NCBI RefSeq assembly: GCF_026210795.1
Contig: NC_089435.1
Location: 3,968,001-4,032,000, forward strand
DNA: 64,000 nucleotides
From: Rhizophagus irregularis
Lineage: Eukaryota
Reading direction: 5' to 3'
In this document: positions 28,503-40,229 of the stretch, piece by piece
Numbering within the stretch: the stretch's first letter is position 1
Layout of the letters: each line of letters opens with the position of its first letter
Translations under genes and position numbers: made by a program
The notes under the pieces: model-generated
The model's input: only the letters and a program-made list of their open reading frames with translations
What the model was told of the DNA's origin: nothing
Databases searched by the model: none

Positions 28503-28942
28503 CAGCTATTTTCTAAATTATTGACTCCCCCTGTTATTTTTAAAAAATTTTTCAAACACAGTCAGACGCAGTCAGACACAGTAATTCGGGCTGACCGGCC
28601 GAGATTATGAGTCATATGGTTACACAAATTCCAAAAAAGGAAATTTTTGAATTTGCAAAAATCACAAAAAATATTTTTTGTGAAATGGGTATCGCCAAAA
28701 AAGGATATCTAACATGATATTATTTCCTTTTGGGGGCGATACCCATTTCACAAAAAAATATTTTTTGTGATTTTTGCAAATTCAAAAATTTCCTTTTTTG
28801 GAATTTGTGTAACTACATGACTCATAATTCCAGCCGGCACTATAAGTCAGCCTGAATTACCGCTGGTCGATTGCGTTTGATGCGCTTCTGAAAAATTTTT
28901 TAAAAATAACAGGGGGGAGGTCAATAATTTAGAAAATAGCTG
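28503..28942. mobile_element. Fold-back MITE with TA TSD
   Basis: Almost fully palindromic 440 bp; cagctattttctaaattattgac / gtcaataatttagaaaatagctg. Confidence 0.9.
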
Positions 28943-29073
28943 TAAATGACAAAACAACCTATGCATCTAACAAGATTCAAAAGAAACATAAAGTTCAATG
29001 TGAAAATGAAGGAATCAATTTTCCAGATCACTTCTTGTTAGAATCAGTTAAAGAAAGATTAAATGAGTATGAT

Positions 29074-29469
29074 TAAAGCTCTGAATGGTTCGATTCAGTT
29101 CCATTTTTTAGTTTTTTTCTGATTAATCAAAATCTGTTTTACACAATAACTCGCCATCTAGTGATTGTAGAAATTTGATCAATAGCTCGTTAAAATCGTC
29201 TCATTAAGACGGTTCAAATGGTATCAAAATCATCTTTCTAGCATTGATAAATAGCAAATTATTTTTTGAAAATTGGCAAAATTAACTTTTCATTTATTAA
29301 TGCTAGAAAAATAATTTTGGTACCATTCAAATCGTCTTGACAAGTTAATTCTAATGAGCTATTGATCAGGTTTTGTGATCACTGAATGGTGAATTATTGC
29401 GCAAAACGGATTCTGATCAATCAGAAAAGAACTAAAAAATAGAACTGAACTGAATCATCCAAAGTTTTG
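29074..29469. mobile_element. hAT-like palindromic MITE
   Basis: Long imperfect TIRs; 8-bp TSD agtatgat/agtatgac. Confidence 0.75.
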
Positions 29470-29878
29470 AGTATGACATATCCAATACATCCAATCCACA
29501 AGCTTTAGCAAATGTAATGATAATACTCTACATCCACTCCACTGAAATTAAAGACTTATGCATTTTTAATGGAAGTGTAACTGAATATTCAAAAAACTAA
29601 AAACAGTAGAATAATCTTCAGAAATTTAGATAATTAAATTACTAGTAAAAAAAAATGAGGAATGAGCTAAGCAATTACTTACTTAGATTTGAGGTGCAAT
29701 TTCTTCTGAATAGTTGAAAGATTCAGGAGTACAAGAAGTTAAATAGTTTAATACATTTCTAAAAAAAATAGAATTCTTTTTAAAACTGATAAACCACTAC
29801 TCCTTAGTTCTTTGCGTAAATTAGAAGTAGTATTTGCAGTCATTTTAAACAGTATGAAGAATTTATTAGAGGCTATGA

Positions 29879-31443
29879 TAGAGCTCCGCAATCTGACTCA
29901 ACGGATCGGGTGACCCGATGGGTTGATCTAAAATATTCAGGTCAGGTCATCAAATTCATGACCTGACATGGGTCAGGTCAATGCTGATCAGTACCTGACC
30001 TGACCTGTTGACCTGACATATATTTGGGTTAAATAAATTAAAAAATGCTGAAACCAATAATGATTCTGGCATTTTTACATGTAAAATCAAAAAGAAAAAC
30101 ACCAGAACTAATGATTCTGGTGTTTTTACATGTACAATTGAAAAAAATGCTGAAACTATGATCAGTTTTGATGTTTTTACATGTAAAATCAAAAAGAAAA
30201 ATGCTGGAACTAATTATTCTGGCGCTTTTACATGTAAAATTGAAAAAAAAATGCTAAAACTAATAGTTTCAGCATTTTTATATGTAGTTTTGGCATTTTT
30301 ATATGTAAAATTAAAAAGAAAACTGCCAGAACTAATGATTCCTGTATTTTTACATGTAAAATCAAAAAGAAAAATGCTGGAACTAATAATTCTGGCATTT
30401 TTACATGTAAAATCAAAAAAAAATGCTGAAACTATAACCAGTTTTGGCATTTTTACATGTAAAATTAAAAAAAAAATGCCAGAACTAATTATTCTGGCAC
30501 TTTTATATGTAAAATCAAAAAAAAAATGCCAAAACCATTAGTTTCAGCATTTTTACATATAAAATCAAAAAAAAATGCCAGAACTAATTATTCCAGCGCT
30601 TTTACATGTAAAATCAAAAAAAAATGCCAAAACTATCAGTTTTGGCATTTTTACATGTAAATAAAAAAAAATGCCAGAACTAATAATTCTGGCATTTTAA
30701 ATCAAAAAAATGTTAAAACTATGGTGGTCGTCACCTATAAATAACAATATTAATAATAGTCCGAAATTTAAAATTTTATTTATTTATATTGTCTAACTTA
30801 TTTTTAAAGTACTTTGCTAAAATATAATAATTGCCGCGTGAGTGGCAAAATTTTTTTTGCTATATTACATGGAATTCTTGTGGATTTCCATAAAATTTTT
30901 GTAAAATCCATAAAAATTACATAAAAACTAGTCCAAAGTTTTATGTTTTTATTATGGCTATTTATTAAAATTATCTAACTTTAACCCATAATGATATTAA
31001 TTAAAATTCTTATTAAATTCTATAAAATAACCTGATAGAAATGTTCAGTACATGTTGTTCTATCATTTTATCAGTTTAGTTTTTTCTTTTTACTATTCAA
31101 TTTACAATTTATAAAAATTTGAAGTCACATAATATTAGTGTGGTTTATAGGTGACAGCTACCATATCAGTTTTGATGTTTTTACATATAAAATCAAAAGG
31201 AAAAATGCCAAAACAAATAGTTTCAGCATTTTATATATAAAAACAAAGTTACAAAACGTTTTTTTACAATATTTAATAATAAAACTTCAGGTAACTCGAA
31301 TTATCTGAAGTGATCTGAATACTTTTGGGTCAAATGAGTCAGATTGGATCAGAACGGTTTATCTGATCTGATCTGACCTGAAAAAAAATTTTGGTTCAAG
31401 TTAACCAGGTAATCCAACCCAACCTGATCTGTGCGGAGCTTTA
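29879..31443. mobile_element. Non-autonomous hAT element with a ~60-bp minisatellite (30040-30720)
   Basis: TIR tagagctccgca / tgcggagcttta; perfect TSD ggctatga; about 11 repeats of ggcatttttacatgtaaaatcaaaaa. Confidence 0.9.
30722..31163. mobile_element. MITE nested in the minisatellite
   Basis: TIR tggtggtcgtcacctataaa / tttataggtgacagctacca; TA TSD restores the repeat unit. Confidence 0.8.
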
Positions 31444-31492
31444 GGCTATGACCATCATTGCCAATCAAGTTTTTTAATATTTACCAGACAAC

Positions 31493-31659
31493 TATACATG
31501 CCACCCAAATTATTTTGGGTTGCCGTAATTATAAGTAAAATTCCAAATTCAATTATGACATCCCAAATTATTTTGGCACTTTACATAGTAAATTATATAT
31601 AATTACGACATCCCAAATTATAATTATGGCATCCCAAAATAATTTGGGCAGCATGTATA
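31493..31659. mobile_element. hAT-like MITE
   Basis: tatacatg termini; perfect TSD cagacaac. Confidence 0.9.
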
Positions 31660-32280
31660 CAGACAACTATCATCAGTAAGATTTTGGGCGGTGTATACTA
31701 GTGTTAATTAATGCCAATTGACACTAGTGTTGTTTAACGCTCTAAAATATAGAAAAACTAACCCTATAATTAGTTGAAAAATGCATAAAAAAGTGTTGAT
31801 TTATACATTTATTTATATGAAAATACGCATTGTTTATTATTAAATTATCTAATTATTTAACTAATGTAAATATCTAATGTAAATCTATATACATATAATG
31901 AAATAAAAAAATTAAGTTTTCGGAAGTACCAATTTCCAGGTACCCGATTTAAAGCCCTTTTGCTAGATAATTGTTTTCACGTTTTTACTGATTTTTGTAG
32001 ATTGTTGGAACAAATCGCACTAATCAAAAAATATCTTGCTAAAAATTCTATTTGAAACCTACAAAGAAAAAAAAACATTAAAAATAATAATAAAAAAAAT
32101 AAATAAAATAGTCTCATAAAGAAACTTACGGTTTCAGTTCCAATACACTGATTCGAAACTTCAGAACCTATAATAAAAATAAAAAAAAGAAACATTGAAA
32201 AAGTTTCTTATAAAAAAAATAAAATAAGTTTTGTTTTAAAATTCAAAACTTACCATCCTGAAGGCGGAACTAATTATAAT

Positions 32281-32447
32281 TCATTTCGCCTTGCTGGTAT
32301 CTCTTCTATGCTTGGTGCCATAAACTTCATAACAACCATCTTAAATATGCGAACTCTGGGTATTTTATACACCGTATGCTTCTGTTTACATGGGCTGTAT
32401 TAGTGACAGTCATTCTATTATTATTATCTTTACCAGTTCTAGCAGGT
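32281..32447 (+). pseudogene. cox1: NUMT: mitochondrial cox1 fragment
   Basis: LAGISSMLGAINFITTILNMR...HRMLLFTWAVLVTVILLLLSLPVLAG is a conserved Cox1 transmembrane segment; one frameshift. Confidence 0.9.
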
Positions 32448-32705
32448 AGCTATTTCTGCCTCTTTCGCAACGAAATTTGCAGTTCAAGCATTCCCAATGC
32501 GTTCCAACGCGTTCCAGATTTGAAACCTACAAAAGAAAGTAAAATAGAAACGTTAGCTAGCGTTTCTAATTAAATAAATGAAAAAAAAAAACAATTACTT
32601 CACAATGGGACGTTGTGAAACTTACATTTCAAACATTTTCAGCACGTTCCTGATCCGAGGTAACATTCCGATCTGATCCTACAAAAAAGATAAAGGAGAC
32701 GTTAG

Positions 32706-33823
32706 TAAGACCCCGAAGAATACATATACAACTCAAATCCAGACCCAAAATATTAATATAACTTTATACGCCTAATTTTATTAGAAGCTTTATACAAAAT
32801 CATTACATAAGTTCAAATTTTATTATAAATTATACAATTATAAATCTGAGTTTATATAAAAAAAAATTTTTAAAGAAAAATTTCAAATAAATTTTATTGA
32901 AAAATTCTAATAAATACTTAAAAAATTTCTTAAAAAAACAACTATTAAAAAATAACTTAAATAAAATTTTTAAACAAAATTGCATGTTAAAATTTTAAAT
33001 ACCTTATAGATATTAATGCCCAATATGTATAATATAGTAAGTTTTATGCAAAAATTTGGGTGTATACTACAAAATAAAAGAAAATACATTTTGTTATGTA
33101 TCTTACCACCCAGTGATCGTAAAAAGATGAAACACAGCTCGTTGGATTCGTCTTGACAAGACGAATCGAATGATAGTAGTTTCGTGTTTCTAGGTGTGAT
33201 AGGTGTTGAGCTATACCACACATCGGCACTTTGTATTTTCGTCCACTGTGCATTTTTACATTTTATCACATAACTCGGCATCTATCGCACCTAGAAATAT
33301 GAAACTACCACCATTCGACTCGTCGTATTGAGACGAATCTAACAAGCTGTGTTTCGTTTCTCTACGATCACTGGATGCCGAGATATGTAATAAAAAGTAT
33401 TTTTTTTTTTTAATTTTGTAAATGAATTTTAAAAAAATTTCATCATTTTTATTAAAAAAATGTTTTTAAACGAACCCCTAAAAACTTCTCAAACAAAAAA
33501 CAATTTCTATTAAAAAATATTTCAAGTGTTTTTTAAAACAAATAAAAAAACTCTTTATTAAAAAATATCTTAAAAATTTCTTAAAACAAAAAATAAAAAA
33601 AATAAAAAATTTTAAACATATATAAAAAAAATTTTAATATCCGTTATATAAAATGAAAATCTTACTTATAGTAAAAATCATTATTGTTATACAAATAAAA
33701 ATCTGACTTTTTGCGTAACTGCTATTTGGTTATACAATTTCAAACATATGACTTATTAAGAAATTACATAGTAAGTTTATACAAAATTGGATCCCAGTAT
33801 TATATGTATTCTTCGGGGTCCTA
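32706..33823. mobile_element. Non-autonomous TIR element with 6-bp TSD
   Basis: TIR taagaccccgaagaatacatata / tatatgtattcttcggggtccta; TSD cgttag. Confidence 0.9.
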
Positions 33824-36005
33824 CGTTAGTAAACGTTTCCTAATAAAAATTTAAAAAAAAATAGATTTTAAAAGTTTTGAAGTGAATCTCTTCGAAACTT
33901 ACCATCCGATACTAAACCAACGAATTCTATTGTATACCTAGATAAATAAAAGAAAAAGGAAATGTTAGTAAACATTTCCTAATTTTTAAAAAAAACAAAC
34001 AAACAACGGTAGTTTCGTAACGAAATGTATGAAACTTACCGTTTCAGGACCCGTATCCAATACCGGATATTCTCGAACTTACAAAAAATAAAGGATCAGT
34101 TAGAACGGTTCTTAATAAAAATTCTATTTTAAAAAGTTATTTAAGTTTTGTAACGAAATGAAACTTACCCAACTGTTCGTCCGTTCCGAACACACTCCGA
34201 TCCTACAAAAATGATTAAGGGACGTTAACAAATAAAAATTAAAAAAAAAATCAATTTTAAAAGTTTCAAAGTGAAACTTTTCGAAACCTACCATTCCACT
34301 ACTATATCCAAGATCTGAAGTCGAACACCTACAAAAAAAATTATAGGAAACATTAGTGCCGTTTCCTAAAAGAAATTAAAAAAATTTTTTTAAAAAAGTT
34401 TACCATTTCATTTTCCAATCGAATACGTCGAGTCTTACAAAAAAAATTATAGAAAACGTCAGTTTCCTAAACTAAAAGGATTGAAAAAATATAATTTACA
34501 AAAGTTTCAAAGCTTTCGAAACTTACTATTTGGAAAACGGGAAAATGAAAGGGAAGAGAAGAATGAAAAGGGAAGGGAGTAATGAAAGAGAAAGAGAAGG
34601 GAGGAGGGGAAACGAAAGGAAAGGGAGGAGGAAAAACGAAGGGCGAAAAAAGAAATTTTTAAAAAAAGTTTAAAAAAAGTTTCGAAGCAAATGCTTTGAA
34701 ACTTACCATTTTGGAAATGGGAGGAAGGGGAGAAAGCGAAAAAGAAAGGGGAGAACGAAAGAGAAAGGGAAGGGGAGAACAAAAAGGGAAGGAGGAGCGA
34801 AAAGGGAAGGGGAAACAAAAGGGAGAAAAAAGAAATTATAAAAAAAAGCTTAAAAAAAGTTTCAAAGCAAACGCTTTGAAACTTACCATTTGGGAAATAG
34901 GAGAAAAGGGAAGGGAATAACGAAAGAGAAAGAGAAGGGGAGAACGAAAGAGAGAAAAGGAAAGTTGTGAGAAAAAAATTAAGCTTTTGCTAAAAAAAGC
35001 TTAATTTTTTTTTTCGCAATACCGCAGCACTGCAGCAGGCGCAGCGGTAATTATTAATCCAGTATCACGTGATACACGTGATATGTAGATTTATATAAAT
35101 AGGAGGCTTTTCCCTGAAATTTTTTTTTATATTTTTTTTAATAGATGTATATATGTGCTTATATATACACATATATATATCTATTAACTTTAATACTTTA
35201 CGAAAAGCCCCTTCTCTATAAATAGGTAGAGGTTATAAAGTACCTATAAAGGGAGAGTCATTGCTGCTCCCTCCGCCTATTTTATAGTGATAAAAAGAGG
35301 GAGTCTTCAGTAGTAAGTTTTGATGTGTATTTATATACATTAATTATTAATATTAAACAACACAATATACATATTAAATTACACCTGATATTAAAAAATA
35401 TGTATAATGTTAAAAAACACTAATAAAAATGGGTGTATTTTTATACTAAATTGCAGTATAACAAACTTTGTATTTATATATATCGCTTATTAGCATTTAA
35501 CAATATGTTAAACTACATTATGTGTTGAAAAATATGTATAGTATTAATAAATAGAAATAACAACTAGTGTTTTTTTATACTAAATTTTAATAAAACAACA
35601 TTTTGTGTTTGTTTACATTGATTGATGCCATTAAACTACATTGCATATCATATTGAACTATACTTGACATTAAACAACATAAAAAAACTTGTAAAATTAT
35701 ACGTATATAACAGCATTCAGTGTTAATCATTACAGTATACAGTATTAAACAATAGGATGTATCGTATTAAACAACTTCTTAATGTTAATTAACACTAAAA
35801 TTATGTAAAGCAACACTTTTAAAACTTGCTGATGTATGCCTTTCCAGTACAAAACTATACAATATATAGTAAATTACTGAAAAAGAGGATAATCTTATGA
35901 TTAGAAAATGCAATCAAAATCTTTGATGAAAACTAATTATATATATAGATTAAAAAATTGGGATATTATTTATTAATTTTATTTTTTCATTTAAGACAAG
36001 ATATA

Positions 36006-36177
36006 CAGTCAACTCTTGTTATAACGAACCCTAGGTTTCAGACCCCAACTTCGCTATCAGGCTATAGTGAAGATTTTAAGAGATTTGATTGGTTAATTCG
36101 TTATAGCAAGGGGAAATTTATTATAGTTGTCTGAAAAATTCACTATATCAAGGGTTCGCTATATCAAGGTTTGACTG
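36006..36177. mobile_element. Tigger-like MITE
   Basis: cagtcaa / ttgactg termini; TA TSD. Confidence 0.75.
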
Positions 36178-36806
36178 TATAAAATATCACAATAGTAACC
36201 AATCAAAAACATTTATCTGATAGTGACAGGAAGTTATTAGACATACAGAAAAAATAGCTAAGTTATTAGAGCTGGATTGGCTATAATGATACAAATTGCA
36301 CTTTTAACTTTGAATACAAAATTGGCATACTTATATTGACAACCAAGTTGAATTGTAAAATTGATGCAATAATTACGATCACTGGACATTACGTAGTATA
36401 TTTTCGTTCAATTTTAGCCAGAACTTTAGGTATAATTAAACTGACCTGAAATTGGTAAACTAATAAAAATACTTGGGTTCCATGCCAGTTCTATGATAGT
36501 TTCAGGAGAATTTCAAGCACTACTAAATCATTACTATGGCATCAGCTTGGATTTTTCAAATCATATGCCTTAAAGATTAGTCTAAATAATGCCATAGTGC
36601 TGATCAAATTTAAACACAAATTTACATCAAATTACTATGCCACTTGATACAATATTTTTTTACCATATTTTGGTATTTAGAAAGGTAACCAAATAGGTAC
36701 AAATTCTTAATATAGAACTAATATCTAAACTAGTATAAAGACTAGTACCCTCATTATAAAATCAGGTATTCAAAGAAGACTGGAAAGCTAGAACTAGAAT
36801 TCTAAA

Positions 36807-37595
36807 TAGAGTTCCGAATAGGTTAACCAAATTCAGGTAACCTGACAGGTTGACCAGGATCCCGTTTACTTATAATAAAAGTCACTGTAGAAAATTGGCT
36901 CTTTACTAATAGTTTTTACCTTACTTTTTTCTTAAATTCTATTGGTTAATTAGCTAAAAAGGAAAAAAATCATAACAATGTAACATAAAATTTCCTTTTA
37001 TAATAGGATCTGCAAAGAATTTTATATATGATTTTTACCAGTACTGGATGACCTATCTTATAAGTAAGCGAGGTCCTGGTTGACCTGAATTTATCAGGTC
37101 AGGTTTAGCAATTGCAATTTAGCATCAGTTCAGGTTGTAACATCAATATAACCTGAATGACCTGTTGATCTGAAACTATGATTTATATAATATAAGTGAT
37201 AGTATTATAATTCACTTTTTATATTAATTTATATAATAAAAGTGAGTTGCAATATTGAGATTCCCTTTTTATATTGATTTTATATAATAAAAGTGAGTTG
37301 CGATATCAGAATTCACTTTTTTATGTTAATTCTATATATAAAAGTGAGTTACGATATCGGGATTCACTTTTTTATATTGATTTTATATAAAAAAAGTTAG
37401 ATGCGATATTGCGATTCACCTTTTTATATGATTTTAATATAAAAAAGTGAATCGCAATATTTTCAAAAAAAATGGTTTACACCATTTTTTTTTTTTTGAT
37501 ATTTTAATAAAAAGCCTGAAAATTTTCAGATTTCAGTTCAGGTCAGGTTAAACAGATAATCTGATATAACCTAATCTGACCTAACCTGAACTTTA
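36807..37595. mobile_element. hAT-like non-autonomous element (near-empty reference copy of 38214-63792)
   Basis: tagagttccg start, gacc/ggtc subterminal motifs, ~59-bp internal palindromic repeats. Confidence 0.7.
36855..37078. mobile_element. MITE with 6-bp TSD
   Basis: caggatcccg / cgaggtcctg; TSD gttgac. Confidence 0.85.
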
Positions 37596-38305
37596 GTTCA
37601 AAGCAGTTGATGGTAAAAATTTCTAAATGGCCAAGTTAGTCATATTGAGGATGATTGCCAGAGTCATTAGACCAAAAAATTACTTCATTTCGGTCTGATT
37701 CAGATTATGTTAAAAATTCAGTTTAGTCCAGTCCTATAATGAAAAATCTGAAATTCTGATTGGCTGTTATAATATCACGTGACCAAAATTAAAATTTTTA
37801 CCAAAATTATAACTGTATTCTAATTCCATAATTCTGGTTCTATAGCAATCTATCTAATATGTGTAGCTTCAATTTAAGCCTATATTCGATTTGTGTAATG
37901 TATATACCATATAAGGAAATTATGCATCTTTATGGACTAATATTATACAAAGTAAACATAGGCTTAAAACGAAACTACATATGTCAGGAAGATCACTATA
38001 GAATCAGAATTATAGAATTAGAATACAGTTATAATTTTGGCAAATTTTTAGTCCAGTCTAGTCTCAACCTGTTTAATTCAGTCCAGGTTACATTTATAAT
38101 CCTACCAAAATGGAAACTGGGCCAGTACTAAATATTTCAGCCTGGATGAAGATTAACCCTTGTACCGAACCAATCCTAATTTTCAATCTGGATTGCCAGA
38201 TTATCGCACCGGTTAGAGCTTTAGGTTGCAGGTAATCTTATAGGTTGACCTGAATTTTTCAGGTTAGGTTTAGCAATTGCAATTCAGCATTAGTTCAGAT
38301 TGTAA

Positions 38306-38531
38306 CAGAACCTGCCTACTACTAAGATATATTACCGGTAGAAATTTTACTTTCATATGAAACCTTACATTAAGATTTGCTTAAATTCTATTGGTTAATT
38401 GACTAAAAAGGAAAAAAATTATAACAATATAACATAAAATTTCCTTTTATAGTAAGATCTTTAAAGAATTTTATATGTAAACTTTACCTTAGGCTATAGA
38501 GTGACCTATCTTAATAGTAAGTAGGGTTCTG
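38306..38531. mobile_element. MITE with 6-bp TSD
   Basis: cagaacctgcctactactaag / cttaatagtaagtagggttctg; TSD ttgtaa. Confidence 0.85.
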
Positions 38532-38592
38532 TTGTAATATTAATATAACCTGAATGACCTGTTGACCTGAAACTATGATTTTATATAATAAG

Positions 38593-38778
38593 TAAAGTTG
38601 CTTGTCAAAATTAGTGAATTTCGTCATGTCGAAATTGTCAAAATTATTTTTCCATTTCGTCATTTGCATTTTAGTTAATTTTAATAATAAAATAATTTCG
38701 TCATTTCATCATGTCAAAATGTCGAAATTATTTTTACCATTTTGACAATGGCCTTTTTATTTTCGGCAAGCAACTTTA
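38593..38778. mobile_element. hAT MITE
   Basis: taaagttgcttg / caagcaacttta; TSD ataataag. Confidence 0.85.
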
Positions 38779-38819
38779 ATAATAAGTACTAAATTATAGT
38801 ATTACTAGGAACAGTCTTT

Positions 38820-39492
38820 CAGGATCCCAAACAATACTAATATAGGTAGGAGCTGAAGATGCGTCATCATCTTAGTAGCTCTCAATATGTTAGAATTTGG
38901 GAATGCGTACAATCATCAAAAAATTTTGATAAGGTTAGAATTTGATTTTGCGTAATTTTGATTTGATTTTAGGATGGTATGATGTTGGATTTGCTTATTT
39001 TTGATATATTTTTGGAAATAAGGTAATAATAATTAATTTTATTTAACGATCATCTTAAAATAAAATTTTTTTTTTTTTCGAAAAAAATCTTTTCTGTATT
39101 GCATAAATAATGTTTCATTGGAAATATGGTAAAGAGTGATTGGCTAACATAAATACGTTACTCATATTATTAATGCAAAAAAAGTAAGTATGTATATGTG
39201 GGAAATAATCAAATTAAACCACAAGTATGAAGAAGATTATTTAAATAGATATGTAGCATGTTCAGGATGTAAAGCAGACGAAGACAGAGAACAATTTGAT
39301 ACAACTAATAAAAGAGCCAATTAAAATTTTAAAAACTGACTTGAAGTTAGAGGATTAAAATGCGTATTTTGTAAAAATTTCAGGGGTTAGGAACTATAAA
39401 TGCGTACTGATCATAGTCAAAAGTGCTGCGTACAGCTAATAGTAAATTTTTTTTTCTGGACCTTACCTATATCAGTATTGTTCGGGGTCTTA
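38820..39492. mobile_element. Non-autonomous TIR element with 6-bp TSD
   Basis: caggatcccaaacaatactaatataggta / tacctatatcagtattgttcggggtctta; TSD gtcttt. Confidence 0.85.
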
Positions 39493-39721
39493 GTCTTTCT
39501 TTATAAATAAACATTAATTACATAAATTTATAGAAATCATTCCAGACGTATATTACTAGGAAATGGGAACCGTTGCAAGTCTAAAGTGAGGTATAATAAA
39601 TAAAAATATAGCGATATTCTACTAATTAGCAGCATAATGCCTTGGAATTCCAGTAATTTCTGCTGATTAACAGCATAACATCTTGGAATTCTGGTAATTT
39701 TCTGCTGATTAGCAGTATAAT

Positions 39722-39965
39722 TAAGGTTGCTTATCTAAACCTCTTCAAAATCCTACAATTAGTTTCGTCAAAATTTTACTATAGATTTATTATAGTTTCG
39801 GCAGAGTTTTGGCAGTTTCAGCATTTATAATAAGTTTTGGCAGTTTCGCCTTTCTCCAAAGTTTTGCCAGTTTTTTAATATAACTTTAATATAGTTTTGG
39901 CAGAATTTCGCTTTTCAGCAAAATGCCATCTTGCCTAAACTCCTAGGTTTCGGCAAGCAACCTTA
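39722..39965. mobile_element. hAT MITE related to 38593-38778
   Basis: taaggttgctt / aagcaacctta; TSD agtataat/agtataac. Confidence 0.8.
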
Positions 39966-40229
39966 AGTATAACACCTTGGAATTCCTAGACAGAGAAACT
40001 CACGTAATTGAAATTTTACACATTATTTCTATAGATCATCATAGTGCATAGACATATATAGTTCTTCGCTTCGCTCTGGACAATAATTCACTTTTTATAT
40101 TGATTTTATATATAAAAAGTGAATTGCAGTATCAAAATTCACTTTTTTATATTGATTTTATATTTATTGCTATTTGCGATCACAGCTAATACTTCTATAA
40201 AAATATGATTATCATAATTTTGTGAATAC

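Larger units (their letters stand above)
31701..35795. mobile_element. ~4-kb non-autonomous TIR element containing a micro-exon array
   Basis: Ends (ta)gtgttaattaa / ttaattaacac(ta); lies between two pieces of the resolvase-like pseudogene. Confidence 0.55.
28333..35936 (+). pseudogene. Fragmented tyrosine recombinase / telomere resolvase (protelomerase)-like pseudogene
   Basis: After removing inserts it reads ...EGINFPDHFLLESVKERLNEYD...ALANVMIILYIHSTEIKDL...VTEYSKN...LLSSLRKLEVVFAV...EAMT...PVQNYT...IKIFDEN*. Motif order resembles R-K-R-H-Y resolvases; multiple stops. Confidence 0.5.

Noticed and set aside
30040..30720. Regular ~60-bp repeats resembling a CRISPR array, with ORFs on both strands
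   Set aside because: The whole unit repeats with no unique spacers, there are no cas genes, and it lies inside a hAT element; the ORFs are repeat artefacts.
32376..32573. Functional cox1 gene or mitochondrial contig
   Set aside because: Only 167 bp match, with a frameshift, embedded in nuclear repeats.
34507..34920. Phe/Ser-rich and Lys/Glu/Gly-rich ORFs
   Set aside because: Low-complexity purine repeats.
37659..38190. Seventh 6-bp-TSD element (gattgc)
   Set aside because: TIRs match only over a few bases, so the boundaries are uncertain.
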